Both the position numbers and the translations under genes were made by a program. The notes below the pieces were generated by a model. It ran no database searches and had not been told where the DNA came from. It saw only the letters and a program-made list of their open reading frames with translations. DNA of 34,992 nt from the NCBI GenBank assembly GCA_035389045.1, contig DAOORA010000049.1, positions 1 to 34,992 of the forward strand, written 5' to 3'. Source of the DNA: Bacteroidales bacterium. GTDB taxonomy: Bacteria > Bacteroidota > Bacteroidia > Bacteroidales > CAIWKO01. Below are positions 20,701 through 30,146 of the stretch, one piece after another; position 1 is the first letter of the stretch, and every line of letters begins with the position of its first letter.

Positions 20701-20734
20701 GCAAAGACCGGTATTTCTTTGAAAGACTTTTCAT
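17732..20734 (-). CDS. GH3-like (degenerate beta-N-acetylglucosaminidase) / beta-lactamase-family serine hydrolase fusion
   Basis: MSLKEKAGQL...V.RIL.AK...ESSMVLLNN GH3 scaffold. C-terminal YDLASVTK (SxxK), LLTHRSG, YSDLN, FGHTGFTG. Confidence 0.85.
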   Translation of the reverse strand: MKSLSKKYRSLLIIFAGLVFSGSLCYFIFRPVRKTLNEKAPGACLFLRHKSIYADSLIACMSLKEKAGQLIMIGVRDTKNEKAIIQQLTQYKPCGFYLAGGAISNIPHITGVLQNHSDIPLFFAVKAPAGLYSPDDSLASCAAMPGPDHYDEQLTIDMTALTVKQMKHCGVHINLMLPMNAVTSNYDLPWSMSFVRSALKLQKKLLFIQKQMNNAGLIPCVFGMEDENHLRVTFPVSGLQDTMRKQPLKTLINSGLPGMFLDKPDPKSTDSLVKTFKYEGLVFSALAENCKDKSLVYDLLNSGTDILIVPPDRKYMVDEIITAVCDGKIPEDTLDKKVKRILLAKSWMKMKKHQHTDADSAHYYCSYRKSKQLYYRIMESSMVLLNNRNKTIPLRDTEKEKMAIIQIGGSTGDDFINTAGKYASAVQFVIGPEATDAEQNVLINKVRPYSVIIFAVYESPAYLNSTFTKIQQLIARVSEDKKAIVTLFGSAGFLASFHRVPCLLWSMSSSALAQQTISSVIFGGEKISGTLPYSFSHEFCYNDGLEIAHPICFKYTAAEDAEIDGARLYKIDSIVDFAINAGAFPGCQVFFARHGKVFYNKSFGTHTYDGKQKVKNTDLYDLASVTKVVTTLALMSLYDKRKINLDTTLIYYFNDLDKNARGKKVRNSKLNNVRLSELLTHRSGLPEGLPVGLFISPEYALKMMGKQTEHASDTVSQEYQGGENGDHLFVNGIDTSIFNTNGDSLWNYLFSNMKKPEYTVEVAKNMFLRTIVTDSLWQLAKQTWIRPDKGYLYSDLNLYLVMKVVEKAAEMPLDKYLDQVYLALLNLTRMGFNPLKKFKSEEIVPTEQDNYFRKQLIHGYVHDPMAALLGGIGGNAGMFSNAHDLGVLMQLLLNKGRYGGTIYLSEKTVALFTSAQNGTYRGLGFDRKGKPDAKMLAPGASLSTFGHTGFTGTCVWADPENELVFVFLSNRVCPTSSNQKINNYRIRQNIQQVVYDAMIE

Positions 20735-20755
20735 CGCCAGTACGGTTTTCTAAAT

Positions 20756-20789
20756 AAAAAATAAGGGATACGATGATCCCTTATTTTTT
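20756..20789 (-). terminator. Intrinsic terminator downstream of sppA
   Basis: AAAAAATAAGGGAT-acgatg-ATCCCTTATTTTTT perfect inverted repeat. Confidence 0.8.
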
Positions 20790-20812
20790 CAATTAAAGTC
20801 CGGGCTTCCGGC

Positions 20813-22582
20813 CTAATAGATCAGAATATCAAAAGGTAAACGCGCCTGAACTCCTTTTTGTTGCTGCATGTTCTGCAGATATTTGTAATAACTGTAGTTT
20901 TCGCCCAGCACTTCTTTCACCTTTGTTTCCGACGATTCTTCCATAAATTCTTCAATGATCTGGGTAAAAACATCTTTATATTTCGGATACTTTTCGATCT
21001 TGTAATCGGTGATACCGGCCTGTTTGGCTGCCGCATCGATAGCGTTCTGCAAACCGCCGATCTCATCAACCAGCCCGATACGTTTGGCATCCACTCCACT
21101 CCATACCCTTCCCTGCCCAATGGAGTCCACATCTGCTGTTTTCATTTTACGGCCATCGGCCACATGACCGACAAAAACCTTGTATATATTTTCGATCTGT
21201 TTGGTAAGCACTTGTGTTTCATAAGGATGCAAGCTCCGGGTAACCGTCACGTAATCGGAATATTTATTGGTTTTTACCACATCAAAAGTGATCCCCAGTT
21301 TATTTTTAAAGAATTTTTCCATGTTGGGCACAACGCCAAAAACGCCGATAGATCCTGTCAGGGTGTTGGGTTGGGCAAATATTTTACCCGCGCCGCAGGC
21401 AATATAATAGCCCCCTGAGGCAGCTACATCACCCATAGAAACCACTACGGGTTTTACTTTTTGAGCAAGCACTACTTCGCGCCATATCACTTCTGATGCC
21501 AGGGCGCTGCCTCCGGGGGAATTGATCCTTAATACGATAGCCCTCACCGAACTGTCGTTCCGTGCTTCACGCAGCGATTCCGATAATTTATCGGAGCCTA
21601 CAGTTTGTTCATCACCCTCTCCGGTACCTATTTGACCTAAGGCATACACTACTGCTATTTTCTTTTTCCCTAGAACAAATTTTTCTTTACCCTTAGCTTT
21701 AAAATATTTCGCTCCTGTAATAAAATTTATTTTATCATTTTCTTTAATACCCAGTTCGACTCGCAGATCGGCCAAAACTTCATCACGGTATACCAATTTA
21801 TCAACCAGTTTGTATTTGAGCGCATCAGCAGCAATCTGGATTTTCAGACTGTCGGCAATCAGGTTGAGTTCTTCAATGGTAATCTTCCGCTGTGCGGAAA
21901 TACCATCAAGCATCTGTTTCCATAAAACATCGAGAAGTTTCTGATACTGTTCGCGGTTGGCATCACTCATTTTATCCATAATAAAGGGTTCAACAGCGCT
22001 CTTATACTTTCCGTGACGGATGATCTGCGCCTGCACATCCAGCTTTTCAAGCGTTCCCTTAAAAAAGGACAGTTCTGCAGCTAATCCCTTAAAAGTTATA
22101 TTGCCTTCAGGATTGAGAAATATCTTATCTGCAACTGTAGAAAGATAATAAGCACGTTGTGAGTAATCGTCACTGTAACTGATGATGAATTTCCCCGATT
22201 TTTTGAAATCAAGCAGTTCCCTGCGCACCTCTTCAATCGTCGCCATGCCCGACGGAACATCGGTCAGGTCAAGAAAAATCCCCTTTATTTTTTCATCTTT
22301 GGCCGCACGTTTCAAGGTTGTAAGCAGGTTGTCCAGGCCCTGCACCTTACCGTCTTTCATTGAATTAAAATTGAAATTCCCGAACGGATCCTCCGAGGTA
22401 CGATCGGGTATCGGATTGTCGAGCTTCAGCGTAAGCACTGAATTTTGTCTTACCTCAATGGCGGTTTTTTTAGTAAAAGAAGCTACAGACACCATCATAA
22501 AAAGAAAAATAATGAACATGATCAACGACAGCAAAACAGATCCTGCCATCGACGCAAACATGAATTTAAAAAACTGTTTCAT
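20813..22582 (-). CDS. sppA: Signal peptide peptidase SppA, 67K type (protease IV)
   Basis: GKYKSAVEP, LRINSPGGSA, SMGDVAASGGYYI, TLTGSIGV, GQGRVWSG. Confidence 0.96.
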   Translation of the reverse strand: MKQFFKFMFASMAGSVLLSLIMFIIFLFMMVSVASFTKKTAIEVRQNSVLTLKLDNPIPDRTSEDPFGNFNFNSMKDGKVQGLDNLLTTLKRAAKDEKIKGIFLDLTDVPSGMATIEEVRRELLDFKKSGKFIISYSDDYSQRAYYLSTVADKIFLNPEGNITFKGLAAELSFFKGTLEKLDVQAQIIRHGKYKSAVEPFIMDKMSDANREQYQKLLDVLWKQMLDGISAQRKITIEELNLIADSLKIQIAADALKYKLVDKLVYRDEVLADLRVELGIKENDKINFITGAKYFKAKGKEKFVLGKKKIAVVYALGQIGTGEGDEQTVGSDKLSESLREARNDSSVRAIVLRINSPGGSALASEVIWREVVLAQKVKPVVVSMGDVAASGGYYIACGAGKIFAQPNTLTGSIGVFGVVPNMEKFFKNKLGITFDVVKTNKYSDYVTVTRSLHPYETQVLTKQIENIYKVFVGHVADGRKMKTADVDSIGQGRVWSGVDAKRIGLVDEIGGLQNAIDAAAKQAGITDYKIEKYPKYKDVFTQIIEEFMEESSETKVKEVLGENYSYYKYLQNMQQQKGVQARLPFDILIY

Positions 22583-22732
22583 AACAAATTATATTTAGGT
22601 TAAACATACAAAACTTTCTGTAAAATTAGCACATTATACTATTTTTTTGACATTCCGGTCAAATAAAAGTTACAGATTATCCGATATTTTTTATGAATTT
22701 CATAATTTTGGTTTTTCAATAACCTCTTAATA

Positions 22733-23236
22733 ATGGTTTGTTTTTCACTCGGGAGTAATATGGGCAACAAACTTGCAAATCTGAGTGATGCTCTGTTTAT
22801 GCTTGCCGGCACAATGGGTACGCCGATTTCTGTTTCTTCCGTTTATGAAACAGAACCCTGGGGGGTGGAACATCATGATTACTATCTGAATATTGCCGCA
22901 AGTTTCGAAACCATCTTATCCCCCGAAAAAGTCTTTCAGCTTATTTCAGTCACCGAAAAAAAACTTGGCAGAACGCGTTCAAAAAACACCGTGGAGCCAC
23001 GTACTATTGATGTCGACCTACTGTTTTACAACAACATTATATTGAAAACCCAAAAACTTACCATTCCTCACCCACGGATACCCTGCCGCAAATTTGTACT
23101 GGTGCCTCTGTCAGAGATCATGGAAAATTTTTCACACCCTGAATCGGGTATTACAATTAAAGAATTACTTTTACAATGTCCCGACAACTGTTCGGTACTA
23201 AAAACGGACCTAAAACTATTTATGCACGATGTATGA
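22733..23236 (+). CDS. folK: 2-amino-4-hydroxy-6-hydroxymethyldihydropteridine diphosphokinase
   Basis: SLGSNMG, SSVYETEPWG, PRTIDVDLL, LTIPHPR; TAATTTTG box at 22703-22710. Confidence 0.93.
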   Translation: MVCFSLGSNMGNKLANLSDALFMLAGTMGTPISVSSVYETEPWGVEHHDYYLNIAASFETILSPEKVFQLISVTEKKLGRTRSKNTVEPRTIDVDLLFYNNIILKTQKLTIPHPRIPCRKFVLVPLSEIMENFSHPESGITIKELLLQCPDNCSVLKTDLKLFMHDV

Positions 23237-23861
23237 CTTTATTGCAATAGAGGGAAATATCGGCGCCGGTAAAACATCGCTGTCAACAAAAATTGCACAA
23301 CAGTTCAGCGCAAAACTCATACTGGAACAATTTGAAGACAATGCCTTCCTTCCTAAATTTTACAGAGATCCGGAAAAATATGCCTTCCCCCTCGAACTGA
23401 CTTTTCTGGCATCGCGTTACCAGCAACTGAAAGAACAATTAGCCAATAAAGATCTGTTTCAAACCTTTACTATTTCCGATTATTACATTTACAAATCGCT
23501 CATCTTTGCCAAAAAAACGCTGAAAGAAGACGAATTAACGCTGTATACCCGTCTTTTCAACATCATCAACTCAACCCTGCCCAAGCCCGACCTGCTGGTT
23601 TATCTGTTTGTAGAGGTGCCCCGGTTAAAGCGTAATATCATTACCCGTGGAAGGGATTACGAACAGGATATTGAACACGAGTACCTCGAACGTATCCAGA
23701 GCGGATATTTCGATTTTCTGAAACAGCAAAACGATCTTCGCATACTGATCCTTGATGTAAACAACATAGATTTTGTTCATTCCGAAACGGATTACGATAA
23801 TATCCTTGATATCATCATGCAGGAATATTCCATCGGTGTCCGGCGTATCGAGGTAAAATAA
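23229..23861 (+). CDS. Deoxynucleoside kinase
   Basis: IAIEGNIGAGKTSL P-loop, FLASRYQQ, PKPDLLVYL, RGRDYE; overlaps the end of folK. Confidence 0.92.
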   Translation: MYDFIAIEGNIGAGKTSLSTKIAQQFSAKLILEQFEDNAFLPKFYRDPEKYAFPLELTFLASRYQQLKEQLANKDLFQTFTISDYYIYKSLIFAKKTLKEDELTLYTRLFNIINSTLPKPDLLVYLFVEVPRLKRNIITRGRDYEQDIEHEYLERIQSGYFDFLKQQNDLRILILDVNNIDFVHSETDYDNILDIIMQEYSIGVRRIEVK

Positions 23862-24017
23862 CTCCGTGCTACTTTACCGGCAGTGAAACGCTTGTGCAGT
23901 TGCTCCCTGTAAAAGTTCTTTCAGTTTTTGCATTGCCCGTAGCATATTTCTTATTCCAGCCTGAAAAAAACATCGTCCCCCGAAAACTTTCCGGAATATG
24001 ACATTGTACAAACGATA

Positions 24018-24281
24018 TTACTTTTTTTGTTTATTGTATTCGTCTATGATACTTTTGGCCAGATCCCTGGTTTCACACATAATGTATTTGTCGCCGACAC
24101 CAGCTTTTAAAATCCCCGATTTTTCCTCTCTGTATAAATATTTCCCACTTTCAACAAGAGGAATGTATTTATCTTTCACCTGCATAATTTCATATTTCTC
24201 CTGCCGCATGACTTTTATCATAAAAATCAGGACTACAACGCCTAATATGAAAATAATCAAAATAAATATAGTGCCCGACAT
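24018..24281 (-). CDS. Small hypothetical protein with one N-terminal TM helix
   Basis: 87-aa ORF with hydrophobic N-terminus and an A-rich leader; no recognised family. Confidence 0.55.
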   Translation of the reverse strand: MSGTIFILIIFILGVVVLIFMIKVMRQEKYEIMQVKDKYIPLVESGKYLYREEKSGILKAGVGDKYIMCETRDLAKSIIDEYNKQKK

Positions 24282-24953
24282 CTTTGTAACCTTGATTTTT
24301 TAATTAATTATTTAAACACCTTCTTCTTTCCCTGTATTCAATATTCAAAACATTTAACACTAAAGAGAGCAAATAACTTATAACAACCTGTCATTCATTT
24401 ATTTTTTCTTCAAAACGCATCCCTTTATCCCATGCACTCACAACGTACAAACCTTCCCCGCACTGATCTCCTGCAGGATAAAACATTAAAATTAGCGTTA
24501 TAAATCGAACCCCTTTCGCGCCTCAAAAGTAAGCATAAATAATAATAGTTTATTTATAAAAATAAATATTCATAAATATTTTTTCACCAATAAGAATATT
24601 TAGACTTATATATAGTTTAAATATTTATGTGTTTTTGAAAAGTGCCTTATTGATTGGGTTTTTCACGTGTTCTTATAGCAGAATCCGGCAATTTTTAACC
24701 AACGGCTAGCATTCGGTTGTTAATAAATTATACCAAAACAGCATTGCTGTTATTCCCAAAAAACCTCTTTTCACTTTTTTTTAACGTCCTCGTTAAGCCA
24801 GATTTGTGTCCTTGTAATAAATAAATATATGCTCCGGTTAACCCGACATGTGCTGGTCGCTCGCGTTTTAATCCCCGTTTTGTGTGGGATTTTAGTTTTG
24901 CAAATTTGTCCCTTATAAAAAATCTATCCGAACAAATGATGATAACGGGCAAA

Positions 24954-24984
24954 AAAAACTCCGGCAATACATACCGGAGTTTTT
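24954..24984 (-). terminator. Intrinsic terminator downstream of the TPR lipoprotein gene
   Basis: AAAAACTCCGG-N9-CCGGAGTTTTT, with an 8-nt U run on the - strand. Confidence 0.8.
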
Positions 24985-25009
24985 CCATTTATAATTATTA
25001 TAATGCTGA

Positions 25010-26764
25010 CTATTTTATAGCATCAAGAAATGCTGCATCTTTAAAATATTTCAGAAATTCCCTGTCTTCACTGGCTTCTTTTCTAAATTTTGAATCAGCC
25101 GATATTGCTTTGGCAAGATATTCATACATTACGGAGGTGTTTGAAGTACGGGCAGCATTTACAGCCGTCAGATAATATACTGCTGCATTCTGGGGTTTAG
25201 TACAATCCAGTGTCTGTTTTGCTGCGGTGTTGTTGCCCGATAACAGTTGAGCCAGCGCCAGGTTATATTTGCATTTTTTACCACCGAAAGCACTGATAGC
25301 GCCGGCATAGTCACCCTGCCTGATCTTCAGCAGAGCTTCATTATGGCTAACGTCTATGTTTTTAGCTTTGGCCTTAGCAAAATATCCCTGGGCAGCAGCA
25401 TCGTCTTTATTCCAGAACGAAAGCACTCCGAGGTTGTAATTGATCTGGCCGTCATTAGGATTAAGCTGGTTGGCTTTATCCAGGTAATTCTTTGCCTCAT
25501 CAAGTTTGCCGAGTTTCATGGCGCACATACCTGCATTGCTGAAACCTCTCCAATCATTGGGATACAGCGTGGTGGCTGATTTATAGATCACATACTTGGT
25601 GTTGACATCTTCGGTTAAGGTAGCCGAATAGAGTAATTCTTTGTTGTCCAGTTTATCAGGTGCAGTAGTTGAAAGCTGAATGATCTGTTCTTTGGTTTTC
25701 TTGGGCAGATAGCACTCAACTACGAACTCAGCGCGACGCAACACGGATAACATGTTTTCAACTTCAGAGTAAATAACCGTCATGTCTTTTATGGCTTTTT
25801 CTCTCTCTGCTTTGGTTGACTGGCTCTGAATAACATTGGATATCGTTTGTTTTTGAGGAATGTTTGAAGCATTAAGGGCTTTCATAAACCCGTCGAAATC
25901 TTCTCCTTTTGAGTTAACTGCAACCTGCAATTCTTCTGGTTTGGTAATGTTGGCCAGTTTTTTATCCTTGATCATTTTCTTGATCTTGTCATAAAACCAT
26001 TTTTTTGCCGTTTCACCACGTTCATCAGAAAGTTTCTGATTTAAGGATAATTCACCTTCGGGCGATGCCCAGGCATTGATCGAAATACTCTTTATTTTCC
26101 AGTTCAAACCGATGAACCCAAAAACTGTATCATTCAGAAATGCTGCGTTAACAACATCTTTATTTAGTGCCATGTTCAGGTTCAGGTTTGATTTGTTGTA
26201 TTCGAAATAAAGATTGCCTTTTTTAGTGATGATGGTTTCGAGTTCATAACCATGTTCTGCCGTTTGCAGATCTTCTTCCTGTTCGATGCGTGTTGAAGTA
26301 TGAATTACGCCATCAGCCAGTTTGTTTGTTCCCAGGGGGACATCTATTTTTTTGCCCTTTGTAGCCAGTGGTCCGATACTCAGCTCCGACATATTCATGT
26401 TCTCATTATAATTTACCACGTCGGTATATGAAAAACTTCCGCCTTCCTTGTACTTGATTGTCTGGCCTTCACCCGTGGCTTTTTCACCTTTCAGCGTCAT
26501 AGATTTTAATGTGGCCAACGTGGTTCCATCCATGCTTTTCAGTACCGGAGTGACAGTCACCGAGGCTTTCTTGTTGAAATATTTAGGAGGGATCGTGCCG
26601 TTTACAGCCACCGATATTTTACCGCCATGTGTTTCGAGAACCTCTGGTGTAACACTGTATTTTACAGTCGGATACTTTTTGATCATTTTGCTTAACCCGC
26701 AACCTGTAAACATTACAGCCACAAGAATTAAAGCGACAATTCCTTTGATGTTGAAGTGTTTCAT
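25010..26764 (-). CDS. TPR-containing lipoprotein with central OmpA-like segment
   Basis: Lipobox MFTGC; ASPEG...N..LS.ERG OmpA-like motif; C-terminal TPR repeats; TATATTTG box at 26813-26820. Confidence 0.8.
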   Translation of the reverse strand: MKHFNIKGIVALILVAVMFTGCGLSKMIKKYPTVKYSVTPEVLETHGGKISVAVNGTIPPKYFNKKASVTVTPVLKSMDGTTLATLKSMTLKGEKATGEGQTIKYKEGGSFSYTDVVNYNENMNMSELSIGPLATKGKKIDVPLGTNKLADGVIHTSTRIEQEEDLQTAEHGYELETIITKKGNLYFEYNKSNLNLNMALNKDVVNAAFLNDTVFGFIGLNWKIKSISINAWASPEGELSLNQKLSDERGETAKKWFYDKIKKMIKDKKLANITKPEELQVAVNSKGEDFDGFMKALNASNIPQKQTISNVIQSQSTKAEREKAIKDMTVIYSEVENMLSVLRRAEFVVECYLPKKTKEQIIQLSTTAPDKLDNKELLYSATLTEDVNTKYVIYKSATTLYPNDWRGFSNAGMCAMKLGKLDEAKNYLDKANQLNPNDGQINYNLGVLSFWNKDDAAAQGYFAKAKAKNIDVSHNEALLKIRQGDYAGAISAFGGKKCKYNLALAQLLSGNNTAAKQTLDCTKPQNAAVYYLTAVNAARTSNTSVMYEYLAKAISADSKFRKEASEDREFLKYFKDAAFLDAIK

Positions 26765-26946
26765 AAATTGTATTTTTAACGTTTATAAAAAAATATTCGT
26801 TTTTTGTGCCTACAAATATAAAAAAGTTATTTTATACATTTAAAATTTTTTTTACTCGTACATTAATATTTTAGTTTCACAATTCATTAAAAATGATGTT
26901 TTTAAACATATAAACACTTTAAATTCATTTTGTTTTTACGCCATGT

Positions 26947-27483
26947 TTACATTGTGATGACCATTTTTGTTACAATATCCCATAAAATTATTCCTGCACT
27001 GACTGAAATATTTATGGAATGTTTGGTCCCAAACTGCGGAATTTCGATACTGTAATCACACAAGCTCAGCACTTCATCGCTTATTCCGTTTATTTCATTT
27101 CCGAATATCAATGCGGTTTTTCTTGTTTTGTCAGGATGATAATCTTTCAGGTTGATGCTTGTATCGGTTTGCTCCACTGCCACTATTAATGCGCCCTCTG
27201 CTTTCAGGTCGGCAACAGCGGCACAGGTATCATTATAATACTTCCAAATTACTGATTCTGTAGCGCCAAGAGCTGTTTTTTGTATTTCCCGGTGAGGGGG
27301 CGTCGCCGAAATGCCGCAAAGAAACAGCCGTTCAACCCGGAAAGCGTCGCAGCTACGGAAAACTGATCCGATATTATTCATACTCCGTACATTATCCAAA
27401 ACGACAATGATCGGATTTTTTTCAGATCCTTTAAATTCATCCACACTAAGTCTGTTAAGTTCAGCATTTTGTATTTTTTTCAT
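26947..27483 (-). CDS. SpoU/TrmH-family RNA methyltransferase
   Basis: VVLDNVRSMNNIGSVFRSCDAF, LIFGNE, IPQFGTKHSINISV; ATG at 27483. Confidence 0.92.
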   Translation of the reverse strand: MKKIQNAELNRLSVDEFKGSEKNPIIVVLDNVRSMNNIGSVFRSCDAFRVERLFLCGISATPPHREIQKTALGATESVIWKYYNDTCAAVADLKAEGALIVAVEQTDTSINLKDYHPDKTRKTALIFGNEINGISDEVLSLCDYSIEIPQFGTKHSINISVSAGIILWDIVTKMVITM

Positions 27484-27504
27484 AAATTTGTTTTTCTTCA
27501 AAAT

Positions 27505-27539
27505 AAAAAAACCTCACGTCAGCTACATGAGGTTTTTTT
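27505..27539 (-). terminator. Intrinsic terminator after the DUF3078 gene
   Basis: AAAAAAACCTCA...TGAGGTTTTTTT inverted repeat. Confidence 0.7.
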
Positions 27540-27559
27540 CAAAAATCAATAAACTAATT

Positions 27560-28483
27560 CTAATGATTAAAAGTATAAGAAATTCCGACACCGATAACCT
27601 CTTTAAACTGGGTTCGGGGTCCGGGCTCGGATGAAGGGGTTGACTTGATCATTATATCGTCATCGTAAAGCAGTTGTGTATTGATGGTGGCAGAGAGCCA
27701 TTTGTTGACTTTCAACCCTATCAACACATTCCAGTTAACATCAATGTTGCCGAAATCTTTCAGATAATCTGAGAATAATTCCAATGAAGTGTTTAGCGTA
27801 ACGTTTTTAAAGACTTCCTTGTTGAAAACGGCGCGTACATAAGGGCCGAATTCTCCTTTGATTTTTTTGTCAATGTCAACACCAAATGCCCCGTAATGAG
27901 ACAATGTATCATCAAGAACAAACGTAAACCGGCCTGCCGCTGGCGACATATACAACTGGAAATACTCCGCGGGGACATAATTCATACCTATACCGGCAAC
28001 AAGATAACCCGGCGCCATTAACTTTGAGATCGCCACGCTATCATTCGGATAATTGTAACCATTGGTAATCTGTGTACGGAAGTTTGCCAGAAAAGTCACA
28101 TCCCAGCTTTTCGAAACGGCATATCCATAAGAAGTAGTATATTCTAACTTATCGTCTGTCTTGGTGTAACGCGCAGCACTCCCTTTTCCTAAAAACTGAA
28201 ACCCATAGGCCAGACCAAGATTGTTTTTCCATGAATGTTTGTTCTTTTTATAATCTGCTTTCAGATTGCCCAGTGCGCCAACACCAATGGAATTTTCACC
28301 TCCGGCAGCCCAATTCGAAAAAGCGGCCTGTGTAATGTTCAAAGCAGCCGTCCCAAGTATGGTCCACGCTTTTAAAGAATCGCCGGAAGTTCTGTCCATG
28401 GGCTTGGCCACCGTCTCAATTTTTTCCTGGGCATAAAGCACTGTAACGGACATCAGTAAAAAAAGTATTACGAGTTTTTTCAT
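27560..28483 (-). CDS. DUF3078-family outer-membrane beta-barrel protein
   Basis: Signal peptide; Q.AFSNWAAGG, KTDD, RTQ...GY.YP, APGY, KVNKWLSA, YDDD, QFKEV.GVG. Confidence 0.85.
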   Translation of the reverse strand: MKKLVILFLLMSVTVLYAQEKIETVAKPMDRTSGDSLKAWTILGTAALNITQAAFSNWAAGGENSIGVGALGNLKADYKKNKHSWKNNLGLAYGFQFLGKGSAARYTKTDDKLEYTTSYGYAVSKSWDVTFLANFRTQITNGYNYPNDSVAISKLMAPGYLVAGIGMNYVPAEYFQLYMSPAAGRFTFVLDDTLSHYGAFGVDIDKKIKGEFGPYVRAVFNKEVFKNVTLNTSLELFSDYLKDFGNIDVNWNVLIGLKVNKWLSATINTQLLYDDDIMIKSTPSSEPGPRTQFKEVIGVGISYTFNH

Positions 28484-28516
28484 TTCAGAAGAGTTTTTTT
28501 TAAGAAATCAGATAAA

Positions 28517-28939
28517 CTATTTGTTTTTCAGGATGTCACGAATCTCCGTAAGCAGGGTTTCTTCTTTGGTGGGTGCAGGAGGAGCTGCCGGCGCTTCTTC
28601 TTTTTTCTTCTTCATGCTGTTCATACCCTTAATTATCATGAAGATAACAAATGCAATGATCAAAAAGTCGATTACGGTCTGTATAAAATTACCATAAGCA
28701 AAAATCGGGGCGCCGGCCTCTTTTGCTTTGGCAAAACTTTCATAAACCTTACCATCCATGGCATAATATAGATCAGTAAAATTAACATTACCCAGCAATT
28801 TGCCAAGCGGTGGCATGATGATGTCATTCACCAGCGAACTGACAATTTTACCAAATGCGGCACCAATAATGATACCGATTGCCATGTCCATCATATTGCC
28901 TTTTACGGCAAATTCTTTGAATTCTTTTACGATTCCCAT
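28517..28939 (-). CDS. mscL: Large-conductance mechanosensitive channel
   Basis: [39 protein letters not shown]...LLTEIRDIL; start MGIVKEF at 28939. Confidence 0.97.
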   Translation of the reverse strand: MGIVKEFKEFAVKGNMMDMAIGIIIGAAFGKIVSSLVNDIIMPPLGKLLGNVNFTDLYYAMDGKVYESFAKAKEAGAPIFAYGNFIQTVIDFLIIAFVIFMIIKGMNSMKKKKEEAPAAPPAPTKEETLLTEIRDILKNK

Positions 28940-29187
28940 AGTTTTAAGTTTTAAAATTAAGACAACAAAAATAATTCTTAATTTTTCAAATAGCAGCATA
29001 TTTTTTAAAAAATTTAATAAATATCATATTTTTAAGATCGTTTATAAAATGGTACTACTAAGATTAAATGTCTGTTCACCATATTTATGCTGATATTTTA
29101 CTTCCGTGGTACTATGACAGCTACTTTTCAGAAAAGTGCCGGACGCATTGAGAGGATTGTGATACAACACATCTGTTTTGTGAAATC

Positions 29188-29221
29188 AAAAAGCCCCGTC
29201 AGAAACCTTGACAGGGCTTTT
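29188..29221 (-). terminator. Intrinsic terminator downstream of the ssb pair
   Basis: AAAAAGCCCCGTCA-N7-TGACAGGGCTTTT. Confidence 0.75.
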
Positions 29222-29242
29222 CAACCAATAAAAATGAGCTTT

Positions 29243-29605
29243 TTATGCTGTTTGTTCTGCAGTAGGCTTTTTTACATTTTCGACAACATCAAACGACAAC
29301 GCTGTAATTTCTGTCACCTGGTGTTTCACCCCGTTTTTGTCGGTGTAAGGCCTGTTTGCGATCTTACCACTGAGTTTTACAAAACTTCCTTTTTTGATTT
29401 TGTCAAGCGCCTGTTCGGCAACTTTTCCCCACATCACGATGTTATGCCAGGTAGTTTCGCGCACCCACTCTTCGTTTTTGTTTTTGTAACTGCTGCCGGT
29501 CGCCAGCGAAAAACGCAGCATCTGCGTCCCGTTCTTCATTGTTTTTACTTCAGGATCCATACCTGCGAATCCGTTTAATTCTACTTTGTTGATTGATTTT
29601 TCCAT
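29243..29605 (-). CDS. ssb: Single-stranded DNA-binding protein, short form (copy 1)
   Basis: NKVEL.G..G.DPE, FSLAT, TTWHNIVMWGK.AE, V.LSGKI..R.YTDKNG; no acidic tail. Confidence 0.93.
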   Translation of the reverse strand: MEKSINKVELNGFAGMDPEVKTMKNGTQMLRFSLATGSSYKNKNEEWVRETTWHNIVMWGKVAEQALDKIKKGSFVKLSGKIANRPYTDKNGVKHQVTEITALSFDVVENVKKPTAEQTA

Positions 29606-29640
29606 GATATTTTGTTTTTAAAGGTTTTACATTCAATAGC

Positions 29641-30070
29641 TTATGCTGCTTTTTCAACTACCGGTTTTTTTATGCTTTCTATTGTCTCAAAAGAAAGAGC
29701 TGTTATTTCAGTTACCTGATGCTTCTCCCCGTTTTTGTCGGTGTAGGTCCGGTTCGCGATCTTACCACTGAGTTTTACAAAACTTCCTTTTTTGATTTTG
29801 TCAAGCGCCTNNNNNNNNNNNNNNNNNNNNNNNNNNNNNNNNNNNNNNNNNNNNNNNNNNNNNNNNNNNNNNNNNNNNNNNNNNNNNNNNNNNNNNNNNN
29901 NNNNNNNNNNGCCAGGTAGTTTCGCGCACCCACTCTTCGTTTTTGTTTTTGTAACTGCTGCCGGTGGCCAGCGAAAAACGAAGCATCTGTGAGCCGTTGC
30001 TCATTGTTTTTACTTCGGGATCCATACCTGCGAATCCGCTTAATTCTACTTTGTTGATTGATTTTTCCAT
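29641..30070 (-). CDS. ssb: Single-stranded DNA-binding protein, short form (copy 2, spans scaffold gap)
   Basis: N-half MEKSINKVELSG...RETTW (30070-29911). C-half ALDKIKKGSF...KKPVVEKAA* (29810-29641). The equivalent missing stretch in copy 1 is 33 bp. Confidence 0.85.
29811..29910. other. Assembly gap (100 N)
   Basis: Run of N. Confidence 1.
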
Positions 30071-30146
30071 GATAATTTATTTTTTTTGGTTAAACATTTT
30101 CGTTGTGAAAAATTGACGATGCAAAGTAACAACCGCCCAAAATACT

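Noticed and set aside
24728..24988. 86-aa minus-strand ORF
   Set aside because: Starts within a terminator hairpin and has no protein-like features.
29087..29578. 163-aa plus-strand ORF
   Set aside because: Antisense shadow of ssb.
29641..30070. Frameshifted ssb pseudogene
   Set aside because: The frame break comes from the arbitrary 100-N gap; both halves are open and a 33-bp fill restores the frame.
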